A stretch of DNA of 64,000 nt from Alphaproteobacteria bacterium (lineage in GTDB: Bacteria > Pseudomonadota > Alphaproteobacteria > UBA9219 > RGZA01): positions 6,972-70,971 of the forward strand of contig JANQEX010000003.1 in the NCBI GenBank assembly GCA_028278105.1, written 5' to 3'. Numbering within the stretch: the first letter of the stretch is position 1; the number at the start of each line of letters is the position of its first letter. The notes under the pieces were generated by a model that was given only the letters and a program-made list of their open reading frames with translations, was not told the DNA's origin and did no database searches. Shown piece after piece: positions 17,107-27,379 of this stretch. The position numbers and the translations under genes were made by a program.

Positions 17107-17901
17107 TCAACCATGCTCTTTTGACGGAATATTCTTCCCCGATTTAACCAGATTGGCGTGGGCCTCGGTCCCATCAGGTGAGGCTGGGGCTTCTCCCTCT
17201 GGAAAGCCGTGTTCTAAGTCAAAAATATCCCAATCTATTAGCGAACAATCTTCTAATGGTCTAGTATCTACACGAAAAGCATGGACAAGAAATTCGCCCA
17301 AAGAACCAGATGGACAGGTTTGTCTTCCATCTAAATAGTCTTCGTACTCATTTATTCCGTTAGCACTCACTAAAGGTGTTGATGTTGGTGGGATTTGAAA
17401 AACATATTTATTATCATACCCAGGGAGAGGACCTTTACCAAAAAAGACGATTTCAGGATCAATAATCTTCCGCTCTATGCGACCGTCACCCCAAGCTGTA
17501 ACATTCTCATACTTTTCGGCCGGACCAATTTCAACCAGCAGTGACGTCTCTCCAGAACTTAATAAGCCGATGATGACTTCGCCGTTGCACTTCCCACCAC
17601 CTGAAAAATCAATGCCAGCCAGCCAAGAGTCTGAGGATACGGGTGTAGCGTAATTCTCGATGTCCAGATCGATATGTCTTGGCAACTCGTAAACAAACTT
17701 GAAATCAGTCCCGGTTTGCTGCGCTATATGCTGTAATACTTCGGCGAAACGCCGCAGGTTAGGACCGTGGACAGATTCACGCCCAATATCCCAAACCAGC
17801 TTTTCACCTTTATTCACAGTTTCGATGACCTGCTCTTGTTGTGCAGGAAAATCTCCGCGCTCATCCTTGGCGCTCACGCTATCAGAAATTGACCTAGCCA
17901 T
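17107..17901 (-). CDS. hypothetical acidic protein (264 aa), no recognisable domain
   Basis: The ATG at 17901 is preceded by GAGAGG. The gene and its flanks are clearly AT-richer than the backbone. Confidence 0.55.
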   Translation of the reverse strand: MARSISDSVSAKDERGDFPAQQEQVIETVNKGEKLVWDIGRESVHGPNLRRFAEVLQHIAQQTGTDFKFVYELPRHIDLDIENYATPVSSDSWLAGIDFSGGGKCNGEVIIGLLSSGETSLLVEIGPAEKYENVTAWGDGRIERKIIDPEIVFFGKGPLPGYDNKYVFQIPPTSTPLVSANGINEYEDYLDGRQTCPSGSLGEFLVHAFRVDTRPLEDCSLIDWDIFDLEHGFPEGEAPASPDGTEAHANLVKSGKNIPSKEHG

Positions 17902-18036
17902 CGTGCCTCTCAATACATTTTTGGAATTCTATCACAAAATTACGAAACTATTTTTTGTTCGGCTGGAGAAAATAAAATAAACAACAATTAACCTTAGACC
18001 CGACGTGAAAGCTGCCCCCTTTATAGGGTCTGATCT

Positions 18037-19044
18037 TTACTTCCCCCCCTTTTTGGGATTCATCTGCCCCCAGGTGGCCTGTTCCATGTAGTTTTCGGCG
18101 AGGAACTGGTAGAACTTGCGGAAGAAACGCTCGTTGGCGTCGCTGCGGTCGATCTTGATGTTTTCAAAAAAGCACAGATGCTCGTTCCATTTTTTCAGTT
18201 CAAGGCTGATGTCGTCGCGCGCCTCGCGCAAGGCGGCAATGGCCCCTTTCAGGTCGGTGACCATGCGCGGCAAATCCTGGGGCATGTCATCCACCTTCCG
18301 GAACTTGTCCTCGATGAGGCCGATGGCGCGGCGCACCAGGTCCTGCATGCGCATGTTTTCGGCGGCAAAGGACGTTTCCTTCTTGAAGGCCGCGCCGAAA
18401 CTCACCAGTTTTTGCAGGATGTCGTCCAGCTTTTTCGAAAGCTCGCGCAGGGCCTCGACATAGGCAAGCTCGCGCGCAAGGTCGTCGATGCGCGGCACGA
18501 TCAGGCGCGCGTCCCGCAGGCCCACCAGGCGCGCCAGTTTCAGGTGCGCGTCGCGCAATTGCCCGCGCCCGTCCGCGTCCTTGTGCATCTCCTGCATCTC
18601 CTCCAGCGGAGGCATCTCGGAGCGGAAGCCGGTGATCCAGAAGATCAGCTCCATGTTCAGGCGGCTTTTGGCCAGCAGCTTGTGATGCTCTTCCACCGCC
18701 CAGGAGGCGCTGCCGTCCAGGATCTCGCGCGGGATGCTGTCGTTGGGGCGGATGTCGCGCACATATTTCAGCCCCTTTTCCACCGTTTGCAAAAGCGCCA
18801 CGTCTTCGGGCGGAATGTGAAATTCCTTTTGCAGCTTGCGCAGTTCAATCGCCGCCACCTGCTCGCCCATCGGCACGTAGAAACAGGGCAGCTTGTCGGA
18901 GCCGTTCAGCGCGAAACGGCATTTGTCGATCATGAAAATGCGGTGCCTGAAAACAAAATGCGTACTGGGATCCGCGCCCGCATTGGCCGGTGGCGGGGGC
19001 GCCGGATCGGAAAGCATTGCGGCGGACGCGGTCGTTTCTTCCAT
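18037..19044 (-). CDS. hypothetical helical protein (335 aa), no recognisable domain
   Basis: Long ORF with an ATG start and backbone-like GC. Divergent from glmM. Confidence 0.55.
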   Translation of the reverse strand: MEETTASAAMLSDPAPPPPANAGADPSTHFVFRHRIFMIDKCRFALNGSDKLPCFYVPMGEQVAAIELRKLQKEFHIPPEDVALLQTVEKGLKYVRDIRPNDSIPREILDGSASWAVEEHHKLLAKSRLNMELIFWITGFRSEMPPLEEMQEMHKDADGRGQLRDAHLKLARLVGLRDARLIVPRIDDLARELAYVEALRELSKKLDDILQKLVSFGAAFKKETSFAAENMRMQDLVRRAIGLIEDKFRKVDDMPQDLPRMVTDLKGAIAALREARDDISLELKKWNEHLCFFENIKIDRSDANERFFRKFYQFLAENYMEQATWGQMNPKKGGK

Positions 19045-19222
19045 AAGCCGGACACTGAACGGACAGAGAGGAAAATCTAAGGCTTATAGCCTGTTTACGC
19101 CAGCCATCATTGGCCGCAAAAGGGGCTTTTCTGCTTTCGTTGCAAAAGAGCGTAAAGACATGTGATATTGCCAAAGCGTTACAATGTACTATTTTTCATG
19201 GTTATCAAGCGGCAGGCAGGCA

Positions 19223-20569
19223 ATGACTCGCAGGATATTCGGCACGGACGGCGTGCGCGGCAAGGCGAATGCCGAGCCCATGACCGCCCCCACCCTTCTG
19301 AAACTGGCGATGGCGGCGGCGATTCACTTCCGCCATGGCGATCACCGGCACCGCGTGGTGATCGGCAAGGATACGCGGCTTTCCGGTTACATGATTGAGC
19401 CCGCGCTGACGGCCGGCTTCGTCTCCATGGGCGTGGACGTCACGCTGCTGGGGCCCTTGCCCACGCCGGCGGTCGCCATGCTGACGCGATCCTTGCGGGC
19501 GGATCTGGGGGTGATGATCTCGGCCTCGCACAATCCTTACGATGACAACGGCATCAAATTATTTGACGCGGGCGGCAACAAACTGTCGGACGCGGTGGAG
19601 GCGCGGATCGAAGCGCATATGAACAACAATCCCTCCGCCCATTGCGCCGAACCGGCGGGCTTCGGCCGCGCCATGCGGCTGGACGATGCGCTGGGTCGTA
19701 CCATCGAATTCGTGAAGAGCAGCTTTCCGCGTGGCTTGCGGCTGGACGGGCTGCGCATCGTGGTCGATTGCGCCAATGGCGCGGCCTACAAGGTGGCTCC
19801 CGCCGTGCTGTGGGAGTTGGGCGCGGAGGTGATCCCGCTGGCCATCCATCCCGACGGGCTGAACATCAACCGCAACTGCGGAGCGCTTTCGCCCGATACG
19901 CTGTCCGAAAGCGTGGTGATGCACCAGGCCGACATCGGCATCGCGCTGGACGGCGACGCCGACCGGGTCATCCTGATCGACGAAACCGGCAAGGCGGTGG
20001 ATGGCGACCAGATCATGGCGCTGATCGCGCAGGACTGGAAAGAACGCGGCCGGCTTCGCGGCGATGCGCTGGTGGCCACGGTGATGTCGAATCTCGGCCT
20101 GGAGCGTTACCTGGCCAAACACGGCATCGGCTTGCGCCGCACGCCGGTGGGCGACCGTTATGTGGTGGAGCGCATGCAGGCCGAGGGTTGCAACATTGGG
20201 GGCGAGCCGTCGGGCCATGTCGTGCTGAGCGATTTCAACACCACCGGCGACGGGCTGATGGCGGCGCTTCAGGTTCTGGCGGTTCTGGTGCAAAAAAAGA
20301 GGAAAGCCAGCGAGGTTCTGAATCTCTTCACGCCCGTGCCGCAGGTTTTGTCGAATGTGCGCGTCACCTCCGCCGATATTCTGGACGCCGGCGCGCTCCG
20401 GGACGCCATCCGCAAGGCCGAGGCGCGGTTAAGCGGCGCGGGCGGACGCCTTCTGGTGCGGCGTTCGGGCACCGAGCCGCTGATCCGCGTCATGGCCGAA
20501 GGCGACGATGCCGCGATGGTCAACGACGTCGTGCTTTCGCTGTGCGATTTCATCCGCAAGGCGGCCTGA
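19223..20569 (+). CDS. glmM: phosphoglucosamine mutase
   Basis: FGTDGVRG start motif, active-site [19 protein letters not shown]. Confidence 0.92.
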   Translation: MTRRIFGTDGVRGKANAEPMTAPTLLKLAMAAAIHFRHGDHRHRVVIGKDTRLSGYMIEPALTAGFVSMGVDVTLLGPLPTPAVAMLTRSLRADLGVMISASHNPYDDNGIKLFDAGGNKLSDAVEARIEAHMNNNPSAHCAEPAGFGRAMRLDDALGRTIEFVKSSFPRGLRLDGLRIVVDCANGAAYKVAPAVLWELGAEVIPLAIHPDGLNINRNCGALSPDTLSESVVMHQADIGIALDGDADRVILIDETGKAVDGDQIMALIAQDWKERGRLRGDALVATVMSNLGLERYLAKHGIGLRRTPVGDRYVVERMQAEGCNIGGEPSGHVVLSDFNTTGDGLMAALQVLAVLVQKKRKASEVLNLFTPVPQVLSNVRVTSADILDAGALRDAIRKAEARLSGAGGRLLVRRSGTEPLIRVMAEGDDAAMVNDVVLSLCDFIRKAA

Positions 20570-20600
20570 CAGGTTTGCCATAAAAGAGCCCGGTAATATT

Positions 20601-20715
20601 CTCCTCCCTCTGGAACAGGTTAGGGGAGGGATCACGCAAAAGGGTCCATAGGGCCAAAGACCCTTCTTGATCCTTTCGACCCTTCAAGACCCTTCATCAT
20701 CCTCCCATGGGAGAG
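20601..20715. repeat. palindromic repeat, family B (GGGTC-module hairpin), approximate bounds
   Basis: GGTTAGGGGAGGGATC...AAGGGTCCATAGGGCCAAAGACCCTTCTTGATCCTTTCGACCCTTCAAGACCC. Confidence 0.6.
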
Positions 20716-20736
20716 CCATAAGAGAGGGCCTAATAT

Positions 20737-21549
20737 ATGCAAGGCCGCGTTCTTATCATCGCGGGATCGGATTCGGGCGGCGGCGCAGGGATTCAGGCCG
20801 ATCTGAAAACTGTCATGGCTCTTGGCGGCTACGGCATGACCGCCGTTACCGCCGTCACCGTTCAAAACACGCAAGGCGTGGGCAACGTTTACCCCCTGCC
20901 GCCGCAAGCGGTGACGGAGCAGATGGAAACCGTTCTGGACGATATCGGCGCGGACTGCATCAAGACCGGCATGCTGCATGATGCGCCGCTCATTGAAGCG
21001 GTGGCGAAAATCCTGCGTCCCAAGGCGAAGGATATCCCCCTTGTGGCCGATCCCGTGATGGCCGCAAAGGGTGGCCGGCCGCTTTTGGAAAACGACGCCG
21101 CAGTCACGCTGAAAAAGGAAATCCTGCCTCTCGCCGCCCTGCTGACCCCCAATGTGCCGGAAGCGGAAATACTGCTTCAGAAAAAAATCGCCGATCTGGA
21201 AGCGATGCGCAAGGCGGCGTGCGATCTGGCCGCGCTTGGCCCGAAGGCCGTGCTTCTGAAGGGCGGGCATCTGCCGGGCGGGATGGTCACCGATGTTCTT
21301 TGGGATGGAACGGAACTTCACGAATGGCAAAGCCCGCGCATTCCCACCACCCGCACTCATGGCACGGGCTGCACGCTGGCCAGCGCCATCGCAACCGCGC
21401 GCGCGCAAGGGCTTGGAATGAAAGACGCCGTGGCCCGCGCCCGTGACTATGTGCGGGGCGCGATCCTGAACGCTCCCCGGCTTGGCCAGGGCCACGGCCC
21501 GCTGAATCACGGCTGGATGATGGAAAAACAGACGCAAACGGATGGTTGA
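20737..21549 (+). CDS. thiD: bifunctional hydroxymethylpyrimidine/phosphomethylpyrimidine kinase
   Basis: VLIIAGSDSGGGAGIQADLKT, DPVMAAKGG, THGTGCTLASAI. Confidence 0.9.
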   Translation: MQGRVLIIAGSDSGGGAGIQADLKTVMALGGYGMTAVTAVTVQNTQGVGNVYPLPPQAVTEQMETVLDDIGADCIKTGMLHDAPLIEAVAKILRPKAKDIPLVADPVMAAKGGRPLLENDAAVTLKKEILPLAALLTPNVPEAEILLQKKIADLEAMRKAACDLAALGPKAVLLKGGHLPGGMVTDVLWDGTELHEWQSPRIPTTRTHGTGCTLASAIATARAQGLGMKDAVARARDYVRGAILNAPRLGQGHGPLNHGWMMEKQTQTDG

Positions 21550-21559
21550 TGCGGCGGCG

Positions 21560-22783
21560 TCAGAGAAATTTTGGCCGTTCTATTGGTATTGGTATTGGTG
21601 GTTTCCTGAGCGTTGGCCGCCGCGGTGGAACCGGCACAGGGCCAATTCTTAAATCCGTGGTCCTCGCAGAGGGCGCGGTAATGGAAGCGGTCGAGTCTAA
21701 CAACCGGCGCATCAACTCGTTCCGGGACGCGGGTTTTGGCGCGCCTATGATGACACCGACCCTGCCATCAGGAAGCACGACAGCGATATTAAACGCGCCG
21801 CCACCAAAGCCTGTCTTGATCGTGGCCCCATCCTCCGCGAGCGGATTGCTGTTACGGTCACGGGAATTAGGCAGCCGCTTGAAACTGGCTTTCGAGAGGC
21901 GGATGCCTGGATTTTTCAGTATCGCAACAGGTTTTTTAAGGCTGCGTATGTTCAGCAGCCAGCCAAAAGTATATTCGCTACCAGGAATTTTTTCGCCGCG
22001 CATGCGGTGAACGGCCCTGACAAGAATTGCAAGGTCCCGCGCGGTCGTGACCATGCCGTTCACAGGCCAGCCGGAACTGTTCCTGAAAACCGTCTTTTTC
22101 ATGCCGATTTGCCGGGCTGTCCTGTTCATCAAATCGACAAAGGCTTTTTCGTGATTCCCGCCTTTGTTTGCGTAAGGAAGATTGCGCGCCTCGCTGACAA
22201 ATACGCCCAAAAGCCGCGCCGCCGTATTGGAAGAAACGACGTAGGCCGCTATGATGGCGTCCTGAAGCGTGATTGTTGCGCCTGGCTTGAAATCAACGGA
22301 GCTTTCTCTCGGCCTGTCCAGCCGGTGCTGCTTATATGTCAGCGTGTCACCAAGCCCCAGCTTACGGTCCCGCATCGCCTGAAAAACCAAATATAGCGTC
22401 ATCAACTTGGTGATGGAGGCTGGCACACCCTTCGCATCGGGCCGGAAACGGGCCAACTCCCTGTCGCCCTTCATAACCAGAACGCTGGCCTTGCAACGGC
22501 TAAATTCTCGTGGCAGAGGGATAGTATGTCCCTTTTCTGGCAACACGATGGGGCCTCGCCTTTCTTGAGGGCATGCACGCCTCTTGCGAGGCTTCGCTCG
22601 TGTCGCTGGTTTTCGTGGGGCCTTGCTTTTTCGAGGGCTTGCTTCTTGTGTGACCGGCTTGTGCCTTTCCGTTTCTGTCTGACTGCCGATTCTCGTCAAC
22701 ACACCGATGACCGCCAGGGCAAAAAGACCTTTGACGGCACCGGTAAAGAGCGCTCTTGCAAAACCTTTCCTTGTTCTCGCCAT
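21560..22783 (-). CDS. D-alanyl-D-alanine carboxypeptidase family (serine peptidase S11) protein
   Basis: SxxK (ASITKLMT), SxN (VVSSNTAA) and KTG (IKTGFGG) motifs. The N-terminal anchor is followed by a basic linker. Confidence 0.8.
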   Translation of the reverse strand: MARTRKGFARALFTGAVKGLFALAVIGVLTRIGSQTETERHKPVTQEASPRKSKAPRKPATRAKPRKRRACPQERRGPIVLPEKGHTIPLPREFSRCKASVLVMKGDRELARFRPDAKGVPASITKLMTLYLVFQAMRDRKLGLGDTLTYKQHRLDRPRESSVDFKPGATITLQDAIIAAYVVSSNTAARLLGVFVSEARNLPYANKGGNHEKAFVDLMNRTARQIGMKKTVFRNSSGWPVNGMVTTARDLAILVRAVHRMRGEKIPGSEYTFGWLLNIRSLKKPVAILKNPGIRLSKASFKRLPNSRDRNSNPLAEDGATIKTGFGGGAFNIAVVLPDGRVGVIIGAPKPASRNELMRRLLDSTASITAPSARTTDLRIGPVPVPPRRPTLRKPPIPIPIERPKFL

Positions 22784-22844
22784 CCAACAAGTATAAGGGG
22801 CTGGACTGAAAGTAATTAACGGTTATTCGTGCCGGTAGTGACGC

Positions 22845-22950
22845 ATTTTAAAAATCACCCCCGCCCCCGCCTGCGCGGGGACAGGCTCCGGCGGGGGTCC
22901 CATTTGATTAAAAAACAATGGAATGCCCGCCTCCGCGGGCATGATATTTT
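22845..22950. repeat. GC-rich palindromic repeat units, approximate bounds
   Basis: TTTAAAAATCACCCCCGCCCCCGCCTGCGCGGGGACAGGCTCCGGCGGGGG... is the same unit type as 7086-7148 and 26503-26567. Confidence 0.6.
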
Positions 22951-22975
22951 TCAAACTGAGGCACCGCCCAAGAAA

Positions 22976-23125
22976 ATAGAAAACCACGTTCATGCAACAG
23001 CCCTGCATTTTCTGCACTATAATTTTGCGCGGGTTCACAAAACGCTGTGGATCACTCCAGCTATGGCCGCAGGGATGTGTGACCATATTTGGGAAATCGA
23101 TGAAATTGTCGGCCTCATGAAACAA
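22976..23125 (+). pseudogene. transposase C-terminal remnant (IS1595/IS1-like tail)
   Basis: Translation is LHFLHYNFARVHKTLWITPAMAAGMCDHIWEIDEIVGLM, matching the conserved YNFxRxHKTLxxTPAMAAGxxDxxW tail of such transposases. No catalytic N-terminal part is present. Family assignment is from memory only. Confidence 0.5.
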
Positions 23126-23131
23126 GGAAGG

Positions 23132-23263
23132 CTAAAGCCCGTCTTCTTCTCTGTCCCATTTTTTAAGCAGAGCGCTAATTTCTTTGTGGGACAGCCAAAG
23201 ATTGCGAACGACTTTGTAGACGACAAAGGCAAGCAAGGCGCATCCCGCAGGCCACCACAGCAT
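23132..23263 (-). CDS. 43-aa hydrophobic membrane peptide (MLWWPAGCALLAFVVYKVVRNLWLSHKEISALLKKWDREEDGL)
   Basis: Hand-translated. The ATG at 23263 is preceded by GGGGAGGT. It shares the TM helix plus HxE(V/I)xALL(R/K) tail architecture with the 53-aa peptides. It is below the ORF-track cutoff. Confidence 0.5.
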   Translation of the reverse strand: MLWWPAGCALLAFVVYKVVRNLWLSHKEISALLKKWDREEDGL

Positions 23264-23445
23264 TCTCAACCTCCCCGGTGGGTGAACCGGAGGTTAAGAA
23301 CCGCGTAGACGCGGCCAGCAGCTTTTGGCCGTGAGGCTTGGACATGACTGCCGCCTCCGGCCCCCAGGCACGGACAGGCGGCATCTTGACAGTGATGCCT
23401 ACTGGTCTACGGAGGTTCTTAAGCCTCAAAGCGCATGTTTGTATG
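23264..23445 (-). ncRNA. structured 5' leader RNA, unclassified family, copy 4 (5' boundary uncertain)
   Basis: The conserved core ATGTCCAAGCCTCACGGCC is present. Helices are GGCATC/GATGCC, GCCGCCT/AGGCGGC, GGCCA/TGGCC and CCGCG/CGCGG. The anti-SD/SD helix is AACCTCC/GGAGGTT. Confidence 0.5.
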
Positions 23446-23594
23446 CACTTCATCGCTGAGGATAATCCCTATGAATCACTAAAACAATCAGATAAGTTTG
23501 CCCTTATTTAGCCGTGAATTTGTCAACAATTCAAAATGCGTCACTGCCTTCGTGCCGGTTTCCGCATTTGCCGGTTAATTTGGTAGAGTTCGGC

Positions 23595-24116
23595 ATGTCC
23601 CGAATCAATGCCTCCCCTGCCCTACGCATCCTTGGCCTTGATCCCGGCCTGAACCACACCGGCTGGGGGATCGTCGGGGTGGAAGGGAACAGGCTGGCTT
23701 ATGTGGCCTGCGGACGCATCAATCCGCCCGCTTCGGCGGAAATGGGCGAACGGCTTGCCTTTTTGCATGAGGAACTGGGCAGGATCATCGCCTTGCACCA
23801 GCCGCTTGAAGCGGCGGTTGAAGAAACCTTTGTCAACAAAAACGCGGCCTCGGCCCTGAAGCTGGGCATGGCGCGGGGCGTGGTGTTGCTGGCCCCGGCC
23901 TTGGCGGGATTGAGCGTCGCCGAATATTCGGCCAATCTGGTCAAGAAATCGGTGGGCGGCCATGGCCACGCCGAAAAGGAGCAACTGGCGCGCATGGTCA
24001 AAATGCTTTTGCCAAAGGCGGACGCCTCCTCGGCCGACGCCGCCGACGCGCTGGCCGTCGCCATCTGCCACGCGCATCACCGCAAGGCGGCGCAACTTGA
24101 AAAGGCGGCGTCATGA
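23595..24116 (+). CDS. ruvC: crossover junction endodeoxyribonuclease
   Basis: ILGLDPGLNHTGWGIV, EETFVNKNAASALKLGMARG, ADAADALAVAICH. Confidence 0.9.
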   Translation: MSRINASPALRILGLDPGLNHTGWGIVGVEGNRLAYVACGRINPPASAEMGERLAFLHEELGRIIALHQPLEAAVEETFVNKNAASALKLGMARGVVLLAPALAGLSVAEYSANLVKKSVGGHGHAEKEQLARMVKMLLPKADASSADAADALAVAICHAHHRKAAQLEKAAS

Positions 24117-24739
24117 TCGGCAGGCTGACGGGACGCATCGAATTCACCGGCGAGGATCACCTTCTGATCGACGTGAACGGCGTGGGCTATGTTGTTTACG
24201 CATCCTCCCGCAGCCTGAAGCGCGCGCGCGCGATGGGCGAGGCCGCAAGCCTTCTGATCGAAACCCAGGTGCGCGAAGACGCCATCACCCTGATCGGCTT
24301 TGCCGACGCCGAAGAGCGCGACGCCTTCAAGATGCTGGCCACCGTTCAGGGCGTGGGGACGCGCGTGGCGCTCTCGCTGCTTTCAAGCCTTTCGCCCGCG
24401 CAACTGGCGGGCGCGATTGCCGGGGGCGACACCAGGCTTCTATGCAGCGCCGACGGCATTGGCCAAAAACTGGCGGCGCGGCTTGTGACGGAGCTTAAGG
24501 ACAAGGTTGCAAGCCTTGGCGCGGCAACGGTGACGTCCTTTCCAACAAAAGGCATCGCGTCCAAGGACGGGGTTGCGGGCGACGCGGTTTCCACCCTCAC
24601 CCATCTCGGCTTCCGCCGCGACGAAGCTTTCGCCGCCGTCATGCATGTTCTTGACGCCGGCAAAGGCGTGGGCTTTGACGAGTTGATCCGCCTTTGTCTC
24701 CAGGAGCTTGCCTCGCCCCAGGCAAGGGCCGTGCGATGA
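24113..24739 (+). CDS. ruvA: Holliday junction DNA helicase subunit RuvA
   Basis: MIGRLTGRI...VNGVGYVV...[17 protein letters not shown]. Overlaps both ruvC and ruvB. Confidence 0.9.
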   Translation: MIGRLTGRIEFTGEDHLLIDVNGVGYVVYASSRSLKRARAMGEAASLLIETQVREDAITLIGFADAEERDAFKMLATVQGVGTRVALSLLSSLSPAQLAGAIAGGDTRLLCSADGIGQKLAARLVTELKDKVASLGAATVTSFPTKGIASKDGVAGDAVSTLTHLGFRRDEAFAAVMHVLDAGKGVGFDELIRLCLQELASPQARAVR

Positions 24740-25788
24740 ATTCGGCCAACCCCGCCCTTTCCCCTCATGCGCAGGAAGGCGACGGCCCCGCCATCCGCCC
24801 GCGGCGGCTTGGGGAATTCATCGGCCAGACGGGACTTAAGGAAAATCTTTCCGTCTTCATCCAGGCGGCGGGCCTGCGCAAGAAGCCGCTGGACCATGTG
24901 CTGCTTTGCGGCCCGCCCGGTCTTGGCAAGACCACCCTTGCCCACATCATCGCGCGCGAGCTGGGGGTGGGGTTTCATGCCACCTCCGGCCCGGTTCTGG
25001 CGCGGGCGGGCGATCTGGCCGCCCTTCTCACCAACCTGCAACCGGGCGACGTGCTGTTCGTCGATGAAATCCACCGCATGAACGCGGCGGTGGAGGAAAT
25101 CCTTTATCCCGCGATGGAGGATTTCAAGCTCGACCTGATGATCGGCGAAGGGCCGGCGGCGCGCTCGGTGCGCATCGACCTTCCCGCCTTCACCCTGATC
25201 GGCGCCACCACGCGCGCCGGGCTTCTGGCCAAGCCCTTGCGCGAGCGTTTTGGCATTCCGCTTCAGCTTCAATTCTACAGCGACACGGAACTACAGCAGA
25301 TCGTGGAGCGCGCGGCGGGTGTGCTGGACATGGCCATCAGTCCCGACGGCGCATCGGAAATCGCGCGGCGCTCGCGCGGCACGCCGCGGGTGGCGGGGCG
25401 TTTGCTGCGCCGGGTATGCGATTTCGCCGCCGTGGCTCTTGCCGCCGGGCAAAAGGGCCGGATCGACGCCCGGCTGGCCGATGCCGCCCTGCAAAGGCTG
25501 GAGGTGGACCGCGAAGGCTTCGACGCGCTGGACCGCCGTTATATCCGCCATATCGCCGAGCATTTTTCGGGCGGGCCGGTAGGCGTCGAAACGCTGGTGG
25601 CGGCGCTGTCGGAAGCGCGGGATGTTCTGGAGGAAGTGGTGGAGCCCTACCTGATCCAGCGCGGGCTTTTGCAGCGCACGCCGCGGGGCCGGGCGCTGAC
25701 CGACGCCGCCTTCCGCCATGTAGGACTGCCGCCGCCCGCGCAACCCGGACCCCAGATGAATTTTCTATCCAACGACGAGGACGCATGA
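24736..25788 (+). CDS. ruvB: Holliday junction DNA helicase RuvB
   Basis: Walker [12 protein letters not shown], Walker [24 protein letters not shown]. The ATG overlaps the ruvA stop. Confidence 0.92.
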   Translation: MNSANPALSPHAQEGDGPAIRPRRLGEFIGQTGLKENLSVFIQAAGLRKKPLDHVLLCGPPGLGKTTLAHIIARELGVGFHATSGPVLARAGDLAALLTNLQPGDVLFVDEIHRMNAAVEEILYPAMEDFKLDLMIGEGPAARSVRIDLPAFTLIGATTRAGLLAKPLRERFGIPLQLQFYSDTELQQIVERAAGVLDMAISPDGASEIARRSRGTPRVAGRLLRRVCDFAAVALAAGQKGRIDARLADAALQRLEVDREGFDALDRRYIRHIAEHFSGGPVGVETLVAALSEARDVLEEVVEPYLIQRGLLQRTPRGRALTDAAFRHVGLPPPAQPGPQMNFLSNDEDA

Positions 25789-25790
25789 AT

Positions 25791-25894
25791 GGGGTCTCAA
25801 GGGTCATAAGGGGCATAAGGGTCTTTTTTGTTGGCCCTAATATTGACCCTTCCGACCCTCACGACCCTTTCATAAAACCCCACCCCTTGATCCC
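25791..25894. repeat. palindromic repeat, family B
   Basis: GGGGTCTCAAGGGTCATAAGGGGCATAAGGGTC...GACCCTTCCGACCCTCACGACCC...CCCCACCCCTTGATCCC. Confidence 0.7.
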
Positions 25895-26344
25895 ATGACG
25901 GTCCCGTCCCTTCCCCACCTCTACAAGTTCCGCGTCTATTTCGAGGACACCGACGCGGGCGGGATCGTCTATTACGCCAATTACCTGAAATTCATCGAGC
26001 GCGCGCGCACCGAGATGCTGCGCGATCTCGGCCTTTCCCATTCCGGGATGATGAAGGAAACCGGCCAGTTCTTCGTGGTGCGCCGCTGCGCCATCGACTA
26101 CGGGAAACCGGCGCATCTGGACGACGCGCTGACGGTCCGTTCCACGGCGCTGGAATGCGGCGGGGCTTCGCTGACCCTGCGGCAGGACGTCATGCGCGGA
26201 GATACGCTGCTGGCCCGCGCCGAAGTGTTGCTGGTCCATATCAACGCCGAAGGCGCGCCTTGCCGTATTCCGGCCTCAATCCGCGACAAGATTGGACCGG
26301 CCCCGGAGGGGAAACAGAATCCCCCTCCCTCCGGGAGGGGTTAG
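25895..26344 (+). CDS. ybgC: tol-pal system-associated acyl-CoA thioesterase
   Basis: 4HBT-fold signature FRVYFEDTDAGGIVYYANYLKF; first gene of the tol-pal cluster. The last codons run into a repeat. Confidence 0.85.
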   Translation: MTVPSLPHLYKFRVYFEDTDAGGIVYYANYLKFIERARTEMLRDLGLSHSGMMKETGQFFVVRRCAIDYGKPAHLDDALTVRSTALECGGASLTLRQDVMRGDTLLARAEVLLVHINAEGAPCRIPASIRDKIGPAPEGKQNPPPSGRG

Positions 26345-26567
26345 GGGAGGGTCCATGAGAAAGAATTAGGGGAGGGCTTGCGAAAAGGGTCGAGAGGGTC
26401 AGAAGGGTCAGGCGGGTCAAAGACCCTTTTGACCCTTTCGACCCTTATGCCCCTCCGTGATCCCTCCCCCAGCCCCTCCCAAAGGGAGGGGAGATAATCA
26501 CCCGTTTTGAAAATCATTCCCGCCTTCGTTTTCGCGGGGGTAAACTCCAGCGGGGGCGGGCATGACT
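26321..26567. repeat. family B palindromic repeat followed by a family A-type unit, approximate bounds
   Basis: CCCCCTCCCTCCGGGAGGGGTTAGGGGAGGG...GGGTCGAGAGGGTCAGAAGGGTCAGGCGGGTCAAAGACCCTTTTGACCCTTTCGACCC...CCCTCCCAAAGGGAGGGG, followed by TTTTGAAAATCATTCCCGCC... Confidence 0.7.
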
Positions 26568-26650
26568 TTTTTTGTGTGTCCGTCCGCTGGGGCGTTGGTA
26601 TAAAAGCTTGTTCCGTTGCAAAAGATGTAAAATCCTAAAAGGACCGTTTC

Positions 26651-27379
<729 letters not shown>

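Noticed and set aside
16809-17147. 112-aa ORF in the AT-rich gap between the 79-aa and 264-aa genes.
   Set aside because: It has no RBS, overlaps the 3' end of the 17107-17901 gene on the opposite strand, and its composition is atypical for coding sequence here.
20570-20736. Possible TPP riboswitch upstream of thiD.
   Set aside because: The region is occupied by a family B palindromic repeat. The conserved TPP elements (CUGAGA and ACCUGAUCUGGAUAAUGCCAGCG-like) are not present.
22823-23308. ORFs 22829-23308(+) and 22823-23125(-) considered as intact genes.
   Set aside because: The N-terminal part of the plus-strand ORF is translated repeat sequence. Only residues about 50-98 resemble a transposase tail, which is annotated as a remnant. 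The minus-strand ORF is its antisense.
25791-26492. Arrays of 9-10-nt GGGTC modules that superficially resemble a short-repeat array or CRISPR.
   Set aside because: The units are far shorter than CRISPR repeats and have no unique spacers of constant length. They form the two arms of long palindromes and are dispersed at many intergenic sites. No cas genes are present. They are classified as REP/MITE-like repeats.
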